Shown here: positions 1 through 8,986 of the stretch, piece after piece
Layout of the letters: every line of letters begins with the position of its first letter
How positions within the stretch are numbered: position 1 is the stretch's first letter
Source: Planctomycetaceae bacterium
Lineage (GTDB): Bacteria > Planctomycetota > Planctomycetia > Pirellulales > PNKZ01
Assembly (NCBI GenBank): GCA_016793115.1
Contig: JAEUIN010000215.1
Span: forward strand, 52 to 64,051
Length of the DNA stretch: 64,000 nucleotides
Direction: 5' to 3'
The notes under the pieces: generated by a model
Told to the model about the DNA's origin: nothing
Database searches by the model: none
The model's input: the letters and a program-made list of their open reading frames with translations, nothing else
Translations under genes and position numbers: made by a program

Positions 1-7
1 CTGCCAC

Positions 8-391
8 ATGGTGCCGGAACAACGCGTCAAGACCTGCACCTACACCACCTGCCGGATGGTGCCGGAACAACGCGTCAAGACTTGCACCTACACGACTTGC
101 CGGATGGTGCCGGAACAACGTGTGAAGACCTGCACCTACACGACCTGCCGCATGGTGCCGGAACAACGAGTTCGGACCTGCACCTACACGACCTGCCGCA
201 TGGTGCCGGAACAACGCGTGAAGAACGTTTGCTACACCACCTGCCGGATGGTTCCGGAGCAGCGTGTTCGCACCTGCACCTACACCACTTGCCAGATGGT
301 TCCGGAACAGCGTACGAAGACGATCTGCTACACCGTGTGCAAGATGGTGCCGCAATGCTGCACCAAGCAAGTCCCCTACACGACTTGCCAC
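8..391 (+). repeat. 48-bp coding tandem repeat, at least 8 units
   Basis: ATGGT(G/T)CCG unit starts at 8, 56, 104, 152, 200, 248, 296 and 344; variation is mostly synonymous. Confidence 0.9.
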
Positions 392-607
392 ATGGTCAGC
401 CAGAAGTGCGTCAAGCAAGTTCCGTACTGCGTCTGCAAGCCTGTGCACACGACCAAGACGATCATGTGCACTCGTTGCGTGCCGAAGCAAGTCGCCTACA
501 CGGTGACGCGCTGCTGCCCCAAGATCGTCTGCAAGCAAGTGCCTGTGACGGTCTGCTGCCCGGTTCCTTGCTGCCCGGCCGATTGCGGCCCGGGTTGCGC
601 CGAGTAG
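8..607 (+). CDS. Cys/Thr/Val-rich tandem-repeat protein (YTV-like planctomycete envelope protein), 5' end outside the window
   Basis: Frame is open from the window edge; 16-aa unit MVPEQRVKTCTYTTCR is repeated; Cys-rich C-terminus includes AYTVTRC. Confidence 0.7.
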   Translation: MVPEQRVKTCTYTTCRMVPEQRVKTCTYTTCRMVPEQRVKTCTYTTCRMVPEQRVRTCTYTTCRMVPEQRVKNVCYTTCRMVPEQRVRTCTYTTCQMVPEQRTKTICYTVCKMVPQCCTKQVPYTTCHMVSQKCVKQVPYCVCKPVHTTKTIMCTRCVPKQVAYTVTRCCPKIVCKQVPVTVCCPVPCCPADCGPGCAE

Positions 608-672
608 CCCAAGCCTGAGCCTGGAACGTCGCGGTAGGGAAAGCCGCGACGGATCGAGAAGGGAAATAGCCG

Positions 673-714
673 CGGCGGGTCGATTCGCAAGAATCGGCCC
701 GCCGTTTTCTTTTT
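673..714 (+). terminator. Intrinsic terminator
   Basis: CGGCGGGTCGATTC-GCAA-GAATCGGCCCGCCG stem followed by TTTTCTTTTT. Confidence 0.8.
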
Positions 715-728
715 AGTCGCCGCCGACT

Positions 729-2129
729 TCAGCGGGCGACGGCCAAACCTTCGGCGGCACAGCGCCGCAAGTTGCCGACGAACGTCGCCAGGACGCTTTC
801 CGCCTCTTCCGCGGAAACCCGGCCGGCCTCGCAGGCCATACTCACGACGAGGCGTCGCCGGTAAGTAAAGATTGAGAACACGGCGCTCGTATTGGGACGA
901 ATGGGAGGCACGCCCGTCACTTCGTCGAGCACGAGATTGCCGGCCACGACGCGCCCGCCGCGCCGCGGCAAAATCGACGTGAATCGCCGCGCCGGATCGC
1001 CGACGTTCGACAACACGGCCGTCGCCAAGCTCACGGGCAGATTCAACACCAGCCGCATCACCCCCGGCGGCTTGAAGCCGATGGCGACCGCGTCGGCGAA
1101 CTGCAGGCCGGCCCGTTGCGAGATGATGCGCTGCGTTTCGCGGTGAATCGACGGAACGAAATCCGCGGCGTCGTCGCAATCGGTCTCGTCGCGAGTGAGA
1201 AACGAGTAGCTCGTGAGGCACGCCGCCGGAGTGTTGAAGTCTTCGGAGCGGCGCAAGTCGACGGGCATCATGATCCGCAGTCGGCCGGCGTTCCGCGCGG
1301 CTTGATGATCGCGCCGCCAGTCGCGCAGCGTGCGAAACAAGATCGCCAACAAGAGTTCATTGAGCGTCGCTCCGTAGCCCCGCGCGTTCTCACGCAGCGA
1401 TTCGTGTTCGTCGCGATCGAGCGCCGCGGAGATAAACCGGGGGAACGACGCCGTCGGCGGCGCGCCGGCCGCCTTGAAAAACAACCTCGCCGGCCGGCGG
1501 CTCACGACGCGCCAAGCCTGCGTCAGACCGCGCACCATCATCGCGAAATAACGTTTCGTCGGCCACAGTTCGACTTGCAAGTCGACGCGCCGTCGCAATC
1601 GCCCCACGTCGACTTCGCTCAGCTTCGGCGCCGCTTCGTCGCCGCAAGTGCTCAGGCCATAGAAAGCGAGCACGTCCCCGATGAATCGGTACGCGCCGAT
1701 GCCGTCGGTGCAGGCGTGATGAAACTGCATCGTGATCTCGACCTTGTCGAGCACCTGCCGCCCCCACACGCGCAAGCCGGTCTCGTGAGTCAGGTCGATT
1801 CGTTCGCCCCGCTCCAGCACGATGGAATTTGTGCCGTCGGCCCAATCGACCGTCGGTCCCGGCCCTTCGCCGGCCACCCAGCAGAGCCTGTTACGCTTCG
1901 CGCGCCGCACGTTGGCATGCAGCAGCGGATGACGCACGAGCGCGGCCTCGATCGCCGCCTGCAACGCCCGACGATCGGCCGTGCCTGAAAGTTCCAGCCG
2001 AATGACGAACGTCATCGGGTGCGAATCGCGATCGTCGTAGTAAAACAGCTTTTCCAGCGGCGTCAGATACAGCGGAAACAGACGCTGCGGCGTCCCCGCT
2101 ATTGACGGTCGTGCTGGATGGGTATGCAT
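729..2129 (-). CDS. Stand-alone condensation-domain (CoA-dependent acyltransferase fold) protein
   Basis: HHACTDG matches the HHxxxDG motif; also RHPLL, TLNELLLA, MPVDLR and LSNVG. Confidence 0.75.
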   Translation of the reverse strand: MHTHPARPSIAGTPQRLFPLYLTPLEKLFYYDDRDSHPMTFVIRLELSGTADRRALQAAIEAALVRHPLLHANVRRAKRNRLCWVAGEGPGPTVDWADGTNSIVLERGERIDLTHETGLRVWGRQVLDKVEITMQFHHACTDGIGAYRFIGDVLAFYGLSTCGDEAAPKLSEVDVGRLRRRVDLQVELWPTKRYFAMMVRGLTQAWRVVSRRPARLFFKAAGAPPTASFPRFISAALDRDEHESLRENARGYGATLNELLLAILFRTLRDWRRDHQAARNAGRLRIMMPVDLRRSEDFNTPAACLTSYSFLTRDETDCDDAADFVPSIHRETQRIISQRAGLQFADAVAIGFKPPGVMRLVLNLPVSLATAVLSNVGDPARRFTSILPRRGGRVVAGNLVLDEVTGVPPIRPNTSAVFSIFTYRRRLVVSMACEAGRVSAEEAESVLATFVGNLRRCAAEGLAVAR

Positions 2130-2202
2130 AACCGTTCACGGCAAAAGCGACTCGCGCAGGCAAAGCTGTTCCAATGTAAGCCGGCGCGACGAACTGTCCT
2201 AG

Positions 2203-3219
2203 CTAGGTTGCGGCTTTGCGAATTTCGGCTTCTTCAATCCGAATCGCCTTGCGGCCTTTCAGCGCCCCGGCCTTGGCGCGGAACTTCGTCACCCCTTCGA
2301 TGGTCACGGCGAGCGGCGAATGAACGTCCTTCTCCGTCGTGATGATGTCGCCGACGCGCAATCCGATCAGGTCCTTGGTCGCGATCGTCGTGTCGGCCAA
2401 TTGCACGACCATCTCCACCGGTGCGCCGCGGATGTTCCTCGTCAGCCGGTCGATCGTTTCCGGCGTGGAAGTTCGCCGGCTCGGGCTAATCCAGCTGTTC
2501 GCCGACAGCTTGCCGCCGATCCGTTCGATGGAGTTGAACGGAATACACAGATTCAGCATGCCGCGCATCTCGCCGAGCGTCAGTTCGAAGCTGATCAACA
2601 CCACGACTTCGTTCGGCGGCACGATCTGCACGAGTTGCGGATTGCTCTCCACGCGCACGACTTCAAACTGAATCGGCAGCACGTTTTCCCACGCCTTCCG
2701 CAACTCCTCCAAGAAGAGCGACGTAATGCGATGCACGAGCCGCAGTTCGATCTCCGTGAGCGGGCGGCGCGTGTGCGTGTTGGGCTCGCGACCGCCCCCC
2801 AGCAAGCGATCGATGATCGGATAGAGAATCGACGGGTTAATGTCGAGAATCAAGTGCCCTTCCAGCGGTTCGGCCTTCAACAGGTTGAAGCACGAGGGGT
2901 TCTCGAGGCTGAACACGAACTCGCTGTAGGTCAGTTGGTCGACGCTCGTCAGCTTCACTTCCACGATCGAGCGGAGCATCGCCGAGAGGGCCGCGCCGTA
3001 GTTGCGGCCGAACCCCTCGTGCAGCGTTTGCAAAGCCCGCATCTGCTCTTTGCCGACGCGTTCCGGCCGCTTGAAGTCGTACGGCGTCACCTTCTCGCGC
3101 GACTTCGGCGGCGCGACCGACGGAGCCGGTTTGCGCGTCGGACCGGCTTGCGGCCGGCTTTGCTCGACCGCGCTGAGCAGACTTTCGACTTCCGCCTGAC
3201 TGAGTACGTCGCCCGACAT
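2203..3219 (-). CDS. fliM: Flagellar motor switch protein FliM
   Basis: N-terminal VLSQAEVESLL (CheY-binding), YDFKRPER, ESNPQLVQIVPPNE, C-terminal SpoA-like domain. Confidence 0.95.
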   Translation of the reverse strand: MSGDVLSQAEVESLLSAVEQSRPQAGPTRKPAPSVAPPKSREKVTPYDFKRPERVGKEQMRALQTLHEGFGRNYGAALSAMLRSIVEVKLTSVDQLTYSEFVFSLENPSCFNLLKAEPLEGHLILDINPSILYPIIDRLLGGGREPNTHTRRPLTEIELRLVHRITSLFLEELRKAWENVLPIQFEVVRVESNPQLVQIVPPNEVVVLISFELTLGEMRGMLNLCIPFNSIERIGGKLSANSWISPSRRTSTPETIDRLTRNIRGAPVEMVVQLADTTIATKDLIGLRVGDIITTEKDVHSPLAVTIEGVTKFRAKAGALKGRKAIRIEEAEIRKAAT

Positions 3220-3250
3220 AACGGCATCCTTGCCTGTTGCGGATCAAAAG

Positions 3251-4525
3251 CTATTCGCGAATCTGGCCCGTCCCGAACACGACATACTTGTAGCTCGTGA
3301 GTTCCTTGAGGCCGCAAGGTCCGCGAGCGTGAAACTTGTCCGTGCTGATCCCGATCTCGGCGCCCAAACCGAACTCGCCGCCGTCGTTGAATCGCGTCGC
3401 CGCGTTCACCATCACCGCGGCGCTGTCGACCCGCGCCGTAAACTCGCGGGCCGCGGCCAGGTCGGCCGTCACGATCGCGTCGGTATGGTGCGATCCGTAG
3501 TGATTAATGTGTCGAATCGCTTCGTCGAGCGAATCGACGATCTTCACGGAAATGATCGGCCCCAGGTATTCCGCGGCGAAATCTTGCTCCGTTGCCGGTT
3601 TGGCCGTGGGAACGAGCTTGCGAGTCCGTTCGCAGCCGCGCAACTCGACGCCTTGTGCGCCGAGCGCCGCCGCGATCTGCGGCAGCGACTTCGCTGCGAC
3701 CAGTTCGTGTACCAAAAGCGATTCCAAAGCGTTGCACACGCCCATCCGCTGGCACTTCGAGTTCACGATGATTCGCTCGGCCATCGCGAAATCGGCCGAC
3801 GGGTCGACGTACACGTGGCAGTTGCCGTCGAAGTGCTTGATCACCGGCATGCGCGCCTCGGCGGCCACGCGGCGAATCAGGCTCTCACCGCCGCGCGGAA
3901 TCGCGACGCTGATATACTCCGGCAACGCCAAGAAATGCCCGACCGCTTCGCGATCGGTCGTGTTCACGAGTTGCACCGCGTCGGCCGGTATCCCGGTCGC
4001 GCGGGCCGTGTCGGCCAAAATCTGAGCGAGCAGCTTGTTCGAGTGCAGCGCTTCTTTGCCGCCGCGGAGAATCACGGCATTGCCGCTCTTCACGCAAATG
4101 GCCGCGGCGTCGACCGTGACGTTCGGCCGCGACTCATAAATGAAGAACACCACGCCGAGCGGTACGCGCACTTTGCGAATTTCCAGCCCGTTCGGGCGTA
4201 CCGAGCCTTCGATCGTTTCCCCGATCGGGTCGGGCAGCATGGCCACTTCTTCCAGCGCGCGAGCCATGCTTTCGACCGTCTTCTGCGTCAGCCGCAGCCG
4301 ATCGATCGCGGCGTCGGTGAGACCGTAGCCGGGAGCGGCCGCAAGGTCGAGCTCGTTGGCCGCGCGGATCTCGTCGAACCGGCGACGCAGTTCCGCCGCG
4401 CTGCGGCGGAGCCAGTCGTTCTTCTTCGCGGTCGACACGATCGCCAACTCCGCCGACGCGGCCTGCGCCTTCCGCGCCGTCGCCAGGCAGTATTGTTGAA
4501 GATCCGTCGCTTCGGCGATCGCCAT
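3251..4525 (-). CDS. proA: Gamma-glutamyl phosphate reductase
   Basis: [52 protein letters not shown]; start placed at the ATG at 4525. Confidence 0.95.
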   Translation of the reverse strand: MAIAEATDLQQYCLATARKAQAASAELAIVSTAKKNDWLRRSAAELRRRFDEIRAANELDLAAAPGYGLTDAAIDRLRLTQKTVESMARALEEVAMLPDPIGETIEGSVRPNGLEIRKVRVPLGVVFFIYESRPNVTVDAAAICVKSGNAVILRGGKEALHSNKLLAQILADTARATGIPADAVQLVNTTDREAVGHFLALPEYISVAIPRGGESLIRRVAAEARMPVIKHFDGNCHVYVDPSADFAMAERIIVNSKCQRMGVCNALESLLVHELVAAKSLPQIAAALGAQGVELRGCERTRKLVPTAKPATEQDFAAEYLGPIISVKIVDSLDEAIRHINHYGSHHTDAIVTADLAAAREFTARVDSAAVMVNAATRFNDGGEFGLGAEIGISTDKFHARGPCGLKELTSYKYVVFGTGQIRE

Positions 4526-4701
4526 TCTTAAGCTCGTTCGTGAGGCACTTCGCGGACTACCCCAGGTGCGGCGCTCGAGCGCCGCAGCGGGCCGGAAATG
4601 CGGGCTGCGGAGTATCGTGAAATGAGGCGTAGGCGTCAACGTCGAGTCCGGGCCGCCGGCCGAGCGCCGCCGGCAGGCCTAAACCTGCGTCGCACTCCAG
4701 T

Positions 4702-5571
4702 TTACATCCCGGAGCCGGCTGCGGTGAAGAGGCTCAAAGCCTGCCGCGTCGCGGCCACGTCGTGAACCCGCAGCACATGGACCCCCTGGGCCGCCAAGGC
4801 GAGCGACACGCCGAGCGTTCCGTAGGTTCGATCCGCCTCGCGCCAGGCCGGATTCTCCCGCCCGAGAACTTTGCCGATAAACCCCTTCCGCGAGTGGCCC
4901 ACGAGCAAGACACATCCCAGGTCGAGAAAGCGGCGGCAGTGAGCGACCAAAGTCAGGTTGTGCTCGTGGGTCTTGCCGAAACCAATCCCAGGGTCGAGCG
5001 CGATCCGGTCCTGAGCAATCCCGGCCCTCAGCAACGCCTCGCGCCGCCGGGCCAAATACTCGTGAATCTCGGCCACCACGTCGCCGTAAGTCGGCGCGTC
5101 TTGCATCGTTTGCGGCGTCCCCTGCATGTGCATGACGCAAACGCCCGCTTGCGATTTCGCCGCCAATTCGAGCATCGCCGGGTCTCCTTCCAACCCGGTG
5201 ACGTCGTTGATGATCTCCGCCCCTGCGTCGAGCGCCGCGCGGGCCACGATCGCCTTCGAAGTGTCGATCGAGACGGGCGTCGACGTCCGTCGCGCAACTT
5301 CCGCGACCACGTCGACGACGCGGCGCAGTTCTTCCTCGGCTTCAACCGGCGTCGAATACGGCCGCGTGCTCTCGCCGCCGATGTCGAGAATGTCGGCCCC
5401 GTCGTCGGCCATTTGCAGCGCCGCGGCGATCGCTTGCTCGCGGCCGAAGTGCCGGCCGCCGTCGGAGAAGCTGTCAGGCGTCACGTTGACGATGCCCATC
5501 ACCAGCGGTCGCTTCAGCAGCGTGAGCGAGCGGGTGCGAAGACGCCAGTATTGCGGCGAAGTAGAACTCAT
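4702..5571 (-). CDS. folP: Dihydropteroate synthase
   Basis: MGIVNVTPDSFSDGG, DIGGESTRP, DPGIGFGK, GHSRK, RVHDV. Confidence 0.95.
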   Translation of the reverse strand: MSSTSPQYWRLRTRSLTLLKRPLVMGIVNVTPDSFSDGGRHFGREQAIAAALQMADDGADILDIGGESTRPYSTPVEAEEELRRVVDVVAEVARRTSTPVSIDTSKAIVARAALDAGAEIINDVTGLEGDPAMLELAAKSQAGVCVMHMQGTPQTMQDAPTYGDVVAEIHEYLARRREALLRAGIAQDRIALDPGIGFGKTHEHNLTLVAHCRRFLDLGCVLLVGHSRKGFIGKVLGRENPAWREADRTYGTLGVSLALAAQGVHVLRVHDVAATRQALSLFTAAGSGM

Positions 5572-5608
5572 CCTCGCCAGTATACCACGGCGAGGTCGGC
5601 GGCGGCGG

Positions 5609-6139
5609 CTACCAAGGCGCTTCCATCATGCCGACGATCTGCCGCGCCACGGCCTGCATCGACCGCTGTTGCTGCGTGCTGATCGATTGCCCGATTTCCG
5701 GATAAAACTCATCGGAGCTGAACACCTGCACGAGCGCTTCCGGCAAGGGAACCGGCTGCATCGCCTGCAGCGTCACTCCGTCCTTATCGATCCAGTTCGT
5801 CTCGACCGTGAAGAAGTAGGTGACTTCGCGCGGCTCGTCGGTCGGCGCCTCCACGGACACGCCTTTCGCCTCCGTCAAGATTCGCCCGGTGAGCACGCTG
5901 TCGGCGTCGGGCGAACTGACGACCTTATACGGCGTCCGCCGCTCGATCTCCTTCTGCACCGCTTCGGTCAGCCGCTCGCCGAGCCCGCGGCGAAACGAGT
6001 TCGACTCGAAGATCGGCACGTAGACGGTGCGAACCTTGCAGGAGTAGAGCGATTGGGTGCCGACGCGGTACGGCGCGCAGCCAGGACCGGCGGCGAGGAG
6101 CGAAACGCCGATGAGAAGGGCTGCCGAAAGACGCATCAA
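5609..6139 (-). CDS. LptE-like LPS-assembly lipoprotein
   Basis: Lipobox-like PGC after a hydrophobic stretch; VRTVYVPIFES and ADSVLTGRI; adjacent to a BamD-like gene. Confidence 0.6.
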   Translation of the reverse strand: MMRLSAALLIGVSLLAAGPGCAPYRVGTQSLYSCKVRTVYVPIFESNSFRRGLGERLTEAVQKEIERRTPYKVVSSPDADSVLTGRILTEAKGVSVEAPTDEPREVTYFFTVETNWIDKDGVTLQAMQPVPLPEALVQVFSSDEFYPEIGQSISTQQQRSMQAVARQIVGMMEAPW

Positions 6140-7407
6140 TTGACTCGGTTGCGCGCGTCGCGATTCCCCAGCCAGTTCGTCAGCCAGGGGAAGTGATCGA
6201 TCGGCTCCGGCGGCAAGCTCTCCGTCTCCTGCATCCGCTGCTTGGCGAGATCGGCGAACTTGGTGTCGGGGAAGTCTTTCAGCACGATCGCGTAGTGATT
6301 GCGCGCCGCGCGGTTATAGTCCAAGCGGCGGTAATACTCGCCCAACTCGTATTCACGTTCGGCTTGCTGGGCGCGAATCGCGTCCTTCGCCTGATGAAGA
6401 CGCGGCTTTTCTTCGGGCATTTCATGCCCGTAGTTCTTCAGCGTTTGCTCGGCCAACGTTTCCGCCTTCTTCAGCGGCGTCACGTCGTACTGCGGGCCCT
6501 GATAGGCGTTCAGGTAGCTTTGCAGACCGAGCAGGTGAGCCTGCTTCTGGTGCTCGCTCGACGTGTAATCCTTGCGGAGCAACTCGTAGTGATACGAAGC
6601 GTCCTCGAAGCGATTGTCCAAGAAGTACGCGGTCGATTGCGCCATCAACGCGTCGTCGGCCAGCGGACCGGTCGGATCGCTCAAGCGAATGGTCTCGTAA
6701 CACTTGATGCCGTTGCCGTGAGTGTCGAACCAGGGACGCGTCTTGTCGGTCATGTTCAGGGCGAGCATATGATGCTCGTTCCCCTTCGTTTCCCAGAAGC
6801 GGCCGATGGCGAACTGTCGCGCGGTCACCCGATCGAGGTGCCGCGAGTTCTCATACTTCTTGATCAGCTCGTCGAACTGACTGCGGGCGTCGTAGTAGCG
6901 ATCGTCGAAGAAGTACGACTCGCCCGCCATGTAGAGCGCGTCTTCCTCGAGCAGCGAATCGGGCCAGCGTCCGGCCGCCTCGACGAATTTCTCGGCGGCT
7001 TCCTTGTATTTCTTTTGGCGAAACAACTCGTCGGCTTCCGTGTAAAGCTGCTTCGCGACGGCTTCGTTGGGCGCTTTTCCGATCGCCTTTTTGTAGCTCT
7101 TTTTGATGTTGTCCGGATCGAGCGCTCCGACCGTGCGCTCCCATAACGACGGCTTCGCGACGGCCGTGTCGTCGTCGATCGACACGCCCGGGGGAGCCCC
7201 TTCGGCCGTGTCGACGCTGTAGCCGGCTTGCGTGATCGAAGTGCCGCGCTGCGCCGGATCGGCGTCGGCGCCGCCGGCCTGCGCCGCGTCCGCGGCCTTG
7301 GCCTTCGAGTCGAACGGATTATCGAGCGACTTGAGCGGCGATGCGCAGCCTAGCCCCTGGCTAAGCAGCACGCAGCAAAAGCCGAACGTGAGCCGTCGGG
7401 CATCCAT
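6136..7407 (-). CDS. BamD/YfiO-like TPR outer-membrane assembly lipoprotein
   Basis: Lipobox LGC; TPR helices (WPDS..EDALYMAGESYF); C-terminal ELGEYY..Y..V...FPDT. Confidence 0.7.
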   Translation of the reverse strand: MDARRLTFGFCCVLLSQGLGCASPLKSLDNPFDSKAKAADAAQAGGADADPAQRGTSITQAGYSVDTAEGAPPGVSIDDDTAVAKPSLWERTVGALDPDNIKKSYKKAIGKAPNEAVAKQLYTEADELFRQKKYKEAAEKFVEAAGRWPDSLLEEDALYMAGESYFFDDRYYDARSQFDELIKKYENSRHLDRVTARQFAIGRFWETKGNEHHMLALNMTDKTRPWFDTHGNGIKCYETIRLSDPTGPLADDALMAQSTAYFLDNRFEDASYHYELLRKDYTSSEHQKQAHLLGLQSYLNAYQGPQYDVTPLKKAETLAEQTLKNYGHEMPEEKPRLHQAKDAIRAQQAEREYELGEYYRRLDYNRAARNHYAIVLKDFPDTKFADLAKQRMQETESLPPEPIDHFPWLTNWLGNRDARNRVN

Positions 7408-7504
7408 GCCTTGAGTATCCGCAGGAGGTGAGGGAGAGAAGTGCGACGGACGAGGTGACGAACCGGACGTGATTCGGACGGGAAGTGTTTTTTCGCTCCG
7501 CGGC

Positions 7505-8272
7505 CTACTTCGCGGCCGAGCCGGTCGGCAAGCCGAGGTAGTCTTGCAAGCGCGGTTTGTGCCCCAACACGTGCGAAACGTATTGATTCACGACGCCGCG
7601 CAACTCGCCGCCGCAGCGCCTGTCGAACTCGCGCACGGACCACGCCGCGCCGGGGTCGGCGAGCGTTTCCAGCCAGTCGAGCGCGAGGCTCGACAACGAG
7701 ACGACGTGCTTCTTTCCCGGTCGACAGGACTCGCACAACACCCCGCCCGACACCAGCCCGAAGGCCGTGCGGCGCTCGCCGGAGACCGGTTTGCCGCATT
7801 CCACGCAATCGCGGAGCGACGGCAAGTGTCCCAGCATGCGCAAGGCGGTGAGTTCAAATCGCAGAATGATGATCCCCGCCGCCTGTTGCGCCGCGCCCAG
7901 TCGATCGAGCGTATCAATCGCCAGATCGAATAAATCCGGATGCGGATCGCCGTCGTGCGTCAGGTCGTTGATCAACTCCGCGACGTAGTAAGCCCCGTAC
8001 AAGTAGGAAAGTTCGCGACTTGTCGAGCGAAACCGGCGTTCCAGCTTGGCTTCGGTCAGCAAGTCGAGAGCTTCGGACGATTTGCGGAGGAACACTAGTC
8101 GAACCCGCGAGAGCAGGTCAAGGGCAGACTCAAACGGCCCCTTCGGCCGCCGCGCCCCCTTGGCCAAACCGCTGATCTTGCCGAACTCGCGCGTAAACAA
8201 CGTGACGACCGCGCTCGTCTCGCTGAAGTCGACCACGCGCAGCACCAGGGCATCGGCTTTTTCGGTCGACAT
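7505..8272 (-). CDS. recO: DNA repair protein RecO
   Basis: ALVLRVVDFSETS, GKISGLAKGARRPK, zinc motif CVECG...GGVLCESC; start at the ATG at 8272. Confidence 0.93.
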   Translation of the reverse strand: MSTEKADALVLRVVDFSETSAVVTLFTREFGKISGLAKGARRPKGPFESALDLLSRVRLVFLRKSSEALDLLTEAKLERRFRSTSRELSYLYGAYYVAELINDLTHDGDPHPDLFDLAIDTLDRLGAAQQAAGIIILRFELTALRMLGHLPSLRDCVECGKPVSGERRTAFGLVSGGVLCESCRPGKKHVVSLSSLALDWLETLADPGAAWSVREFDRRCGGELRGVVNQYVSHVLGHKPRLQDYLGLPTGSAAK

Positions 8273-8299
8273 GCGGGCGGAAACAATTTGGAGAAAGCC

Positions 8300-8329
8300 G
8301 GGTGGCACTCGTGGCTTGCCCACCAGTGC
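8300..8329. repeat. REP-like palindrome, family B (GGGTGGCACTGGTGG...CCACCAGTG)
   Basis: GGGTGGCACTCGTGGCTTGCCCACCAGTGC; similar copies at 14248, 14297, 22742 and 23594. Confidence 0.8.
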
Positions 8330-8470
8330 TCCGTTACGGGTGGGTTAGGTCATTCCATTCGTCGGAGGCGAAGGGGCGTTCGAACAATGAGCCGGCGCGA
8401 CGACTTTCATTCTATCGCAGCGGAGCAAGCGCGGCAGTGCCGGCAACGCCCGCCGTCGGAGCGGCGCCCG

Positions 8471-8920
8471 TCAGACTTCGTCGGAAGCGCTCGGCAACTC
8501 GACGCCGAACTGCGCGAGGTACTTCTTTTCCGCGGCCCGCATTTTGCGCCGCGGCTCGGGCGTAAGATCGTCGTGGCCGACCAGATGCAGCGCCCCGTGG
8601 ATGCAGTAGAGCAGCAATTCATCCCCCGGATCGACTTTCAATTCGGCGGCGGTACGAGCCGCGACGTCGGCCCCCAGCACGATTTCGCCGTCGAGCAGCT
8701 TGTCATCTTCCTCGAGCACGAAGCTCACGACGTCGGTCGGCTCGTCGTGGTTGAGATACTTCAGGTTGACGTCGTGAATCGTCGCATCGTCGACTACGGC
8801 CAAACTAATGGTTCCTTTCTTCTTGCCGGCATCCTTGACGATGCACTTCACGGCGTCGCACAACCGCTCGGCATCGACGGGAAACGGTTCATGCTCAATC
8901 GTAAAATCGACGCGAATCAT
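8471..8920 (-). CDS. ybeY: rRNA maturation endoribonuclease YbeY
   Basis: PTDVVSF, GEIVLG, IHGALHLVGHDD metal-binding motif. Confidence 0.92.
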   Translation of the reverse strand: MIRVDFTIEHEPFPVDAERLCDAVKCIVKDAGKKKGTISLAVVDDATIHDVNLKYLNHDEPTDVVSFVLEEDDKLLDGEIVLGADVAARTAAELKVDPGDELLLYCIHGALHLVGHDDLTPEPRRKMRAAEKKYLAQFGVELPSASDEV

Positions 8921-8986
8921 GGAGAATAGACTCCGGCCGCCGGCGCTCCCAGCTCGTTGAAACGGATTCCCGGCTCGCAAAAGAGG

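Noticed and set aside
8-391. 48-bp repeats as a CRISPR array
   Set aside because: Contiguous in-frame units with no unique spacers, synonymous variation and no cas genes
82-618. His-rich alternative-frame ORF (HLHLHDLP repeats)
   Set aside because: Off-frame reading of the Cys repeat gene; variation is synonymous in the 8..607 frame
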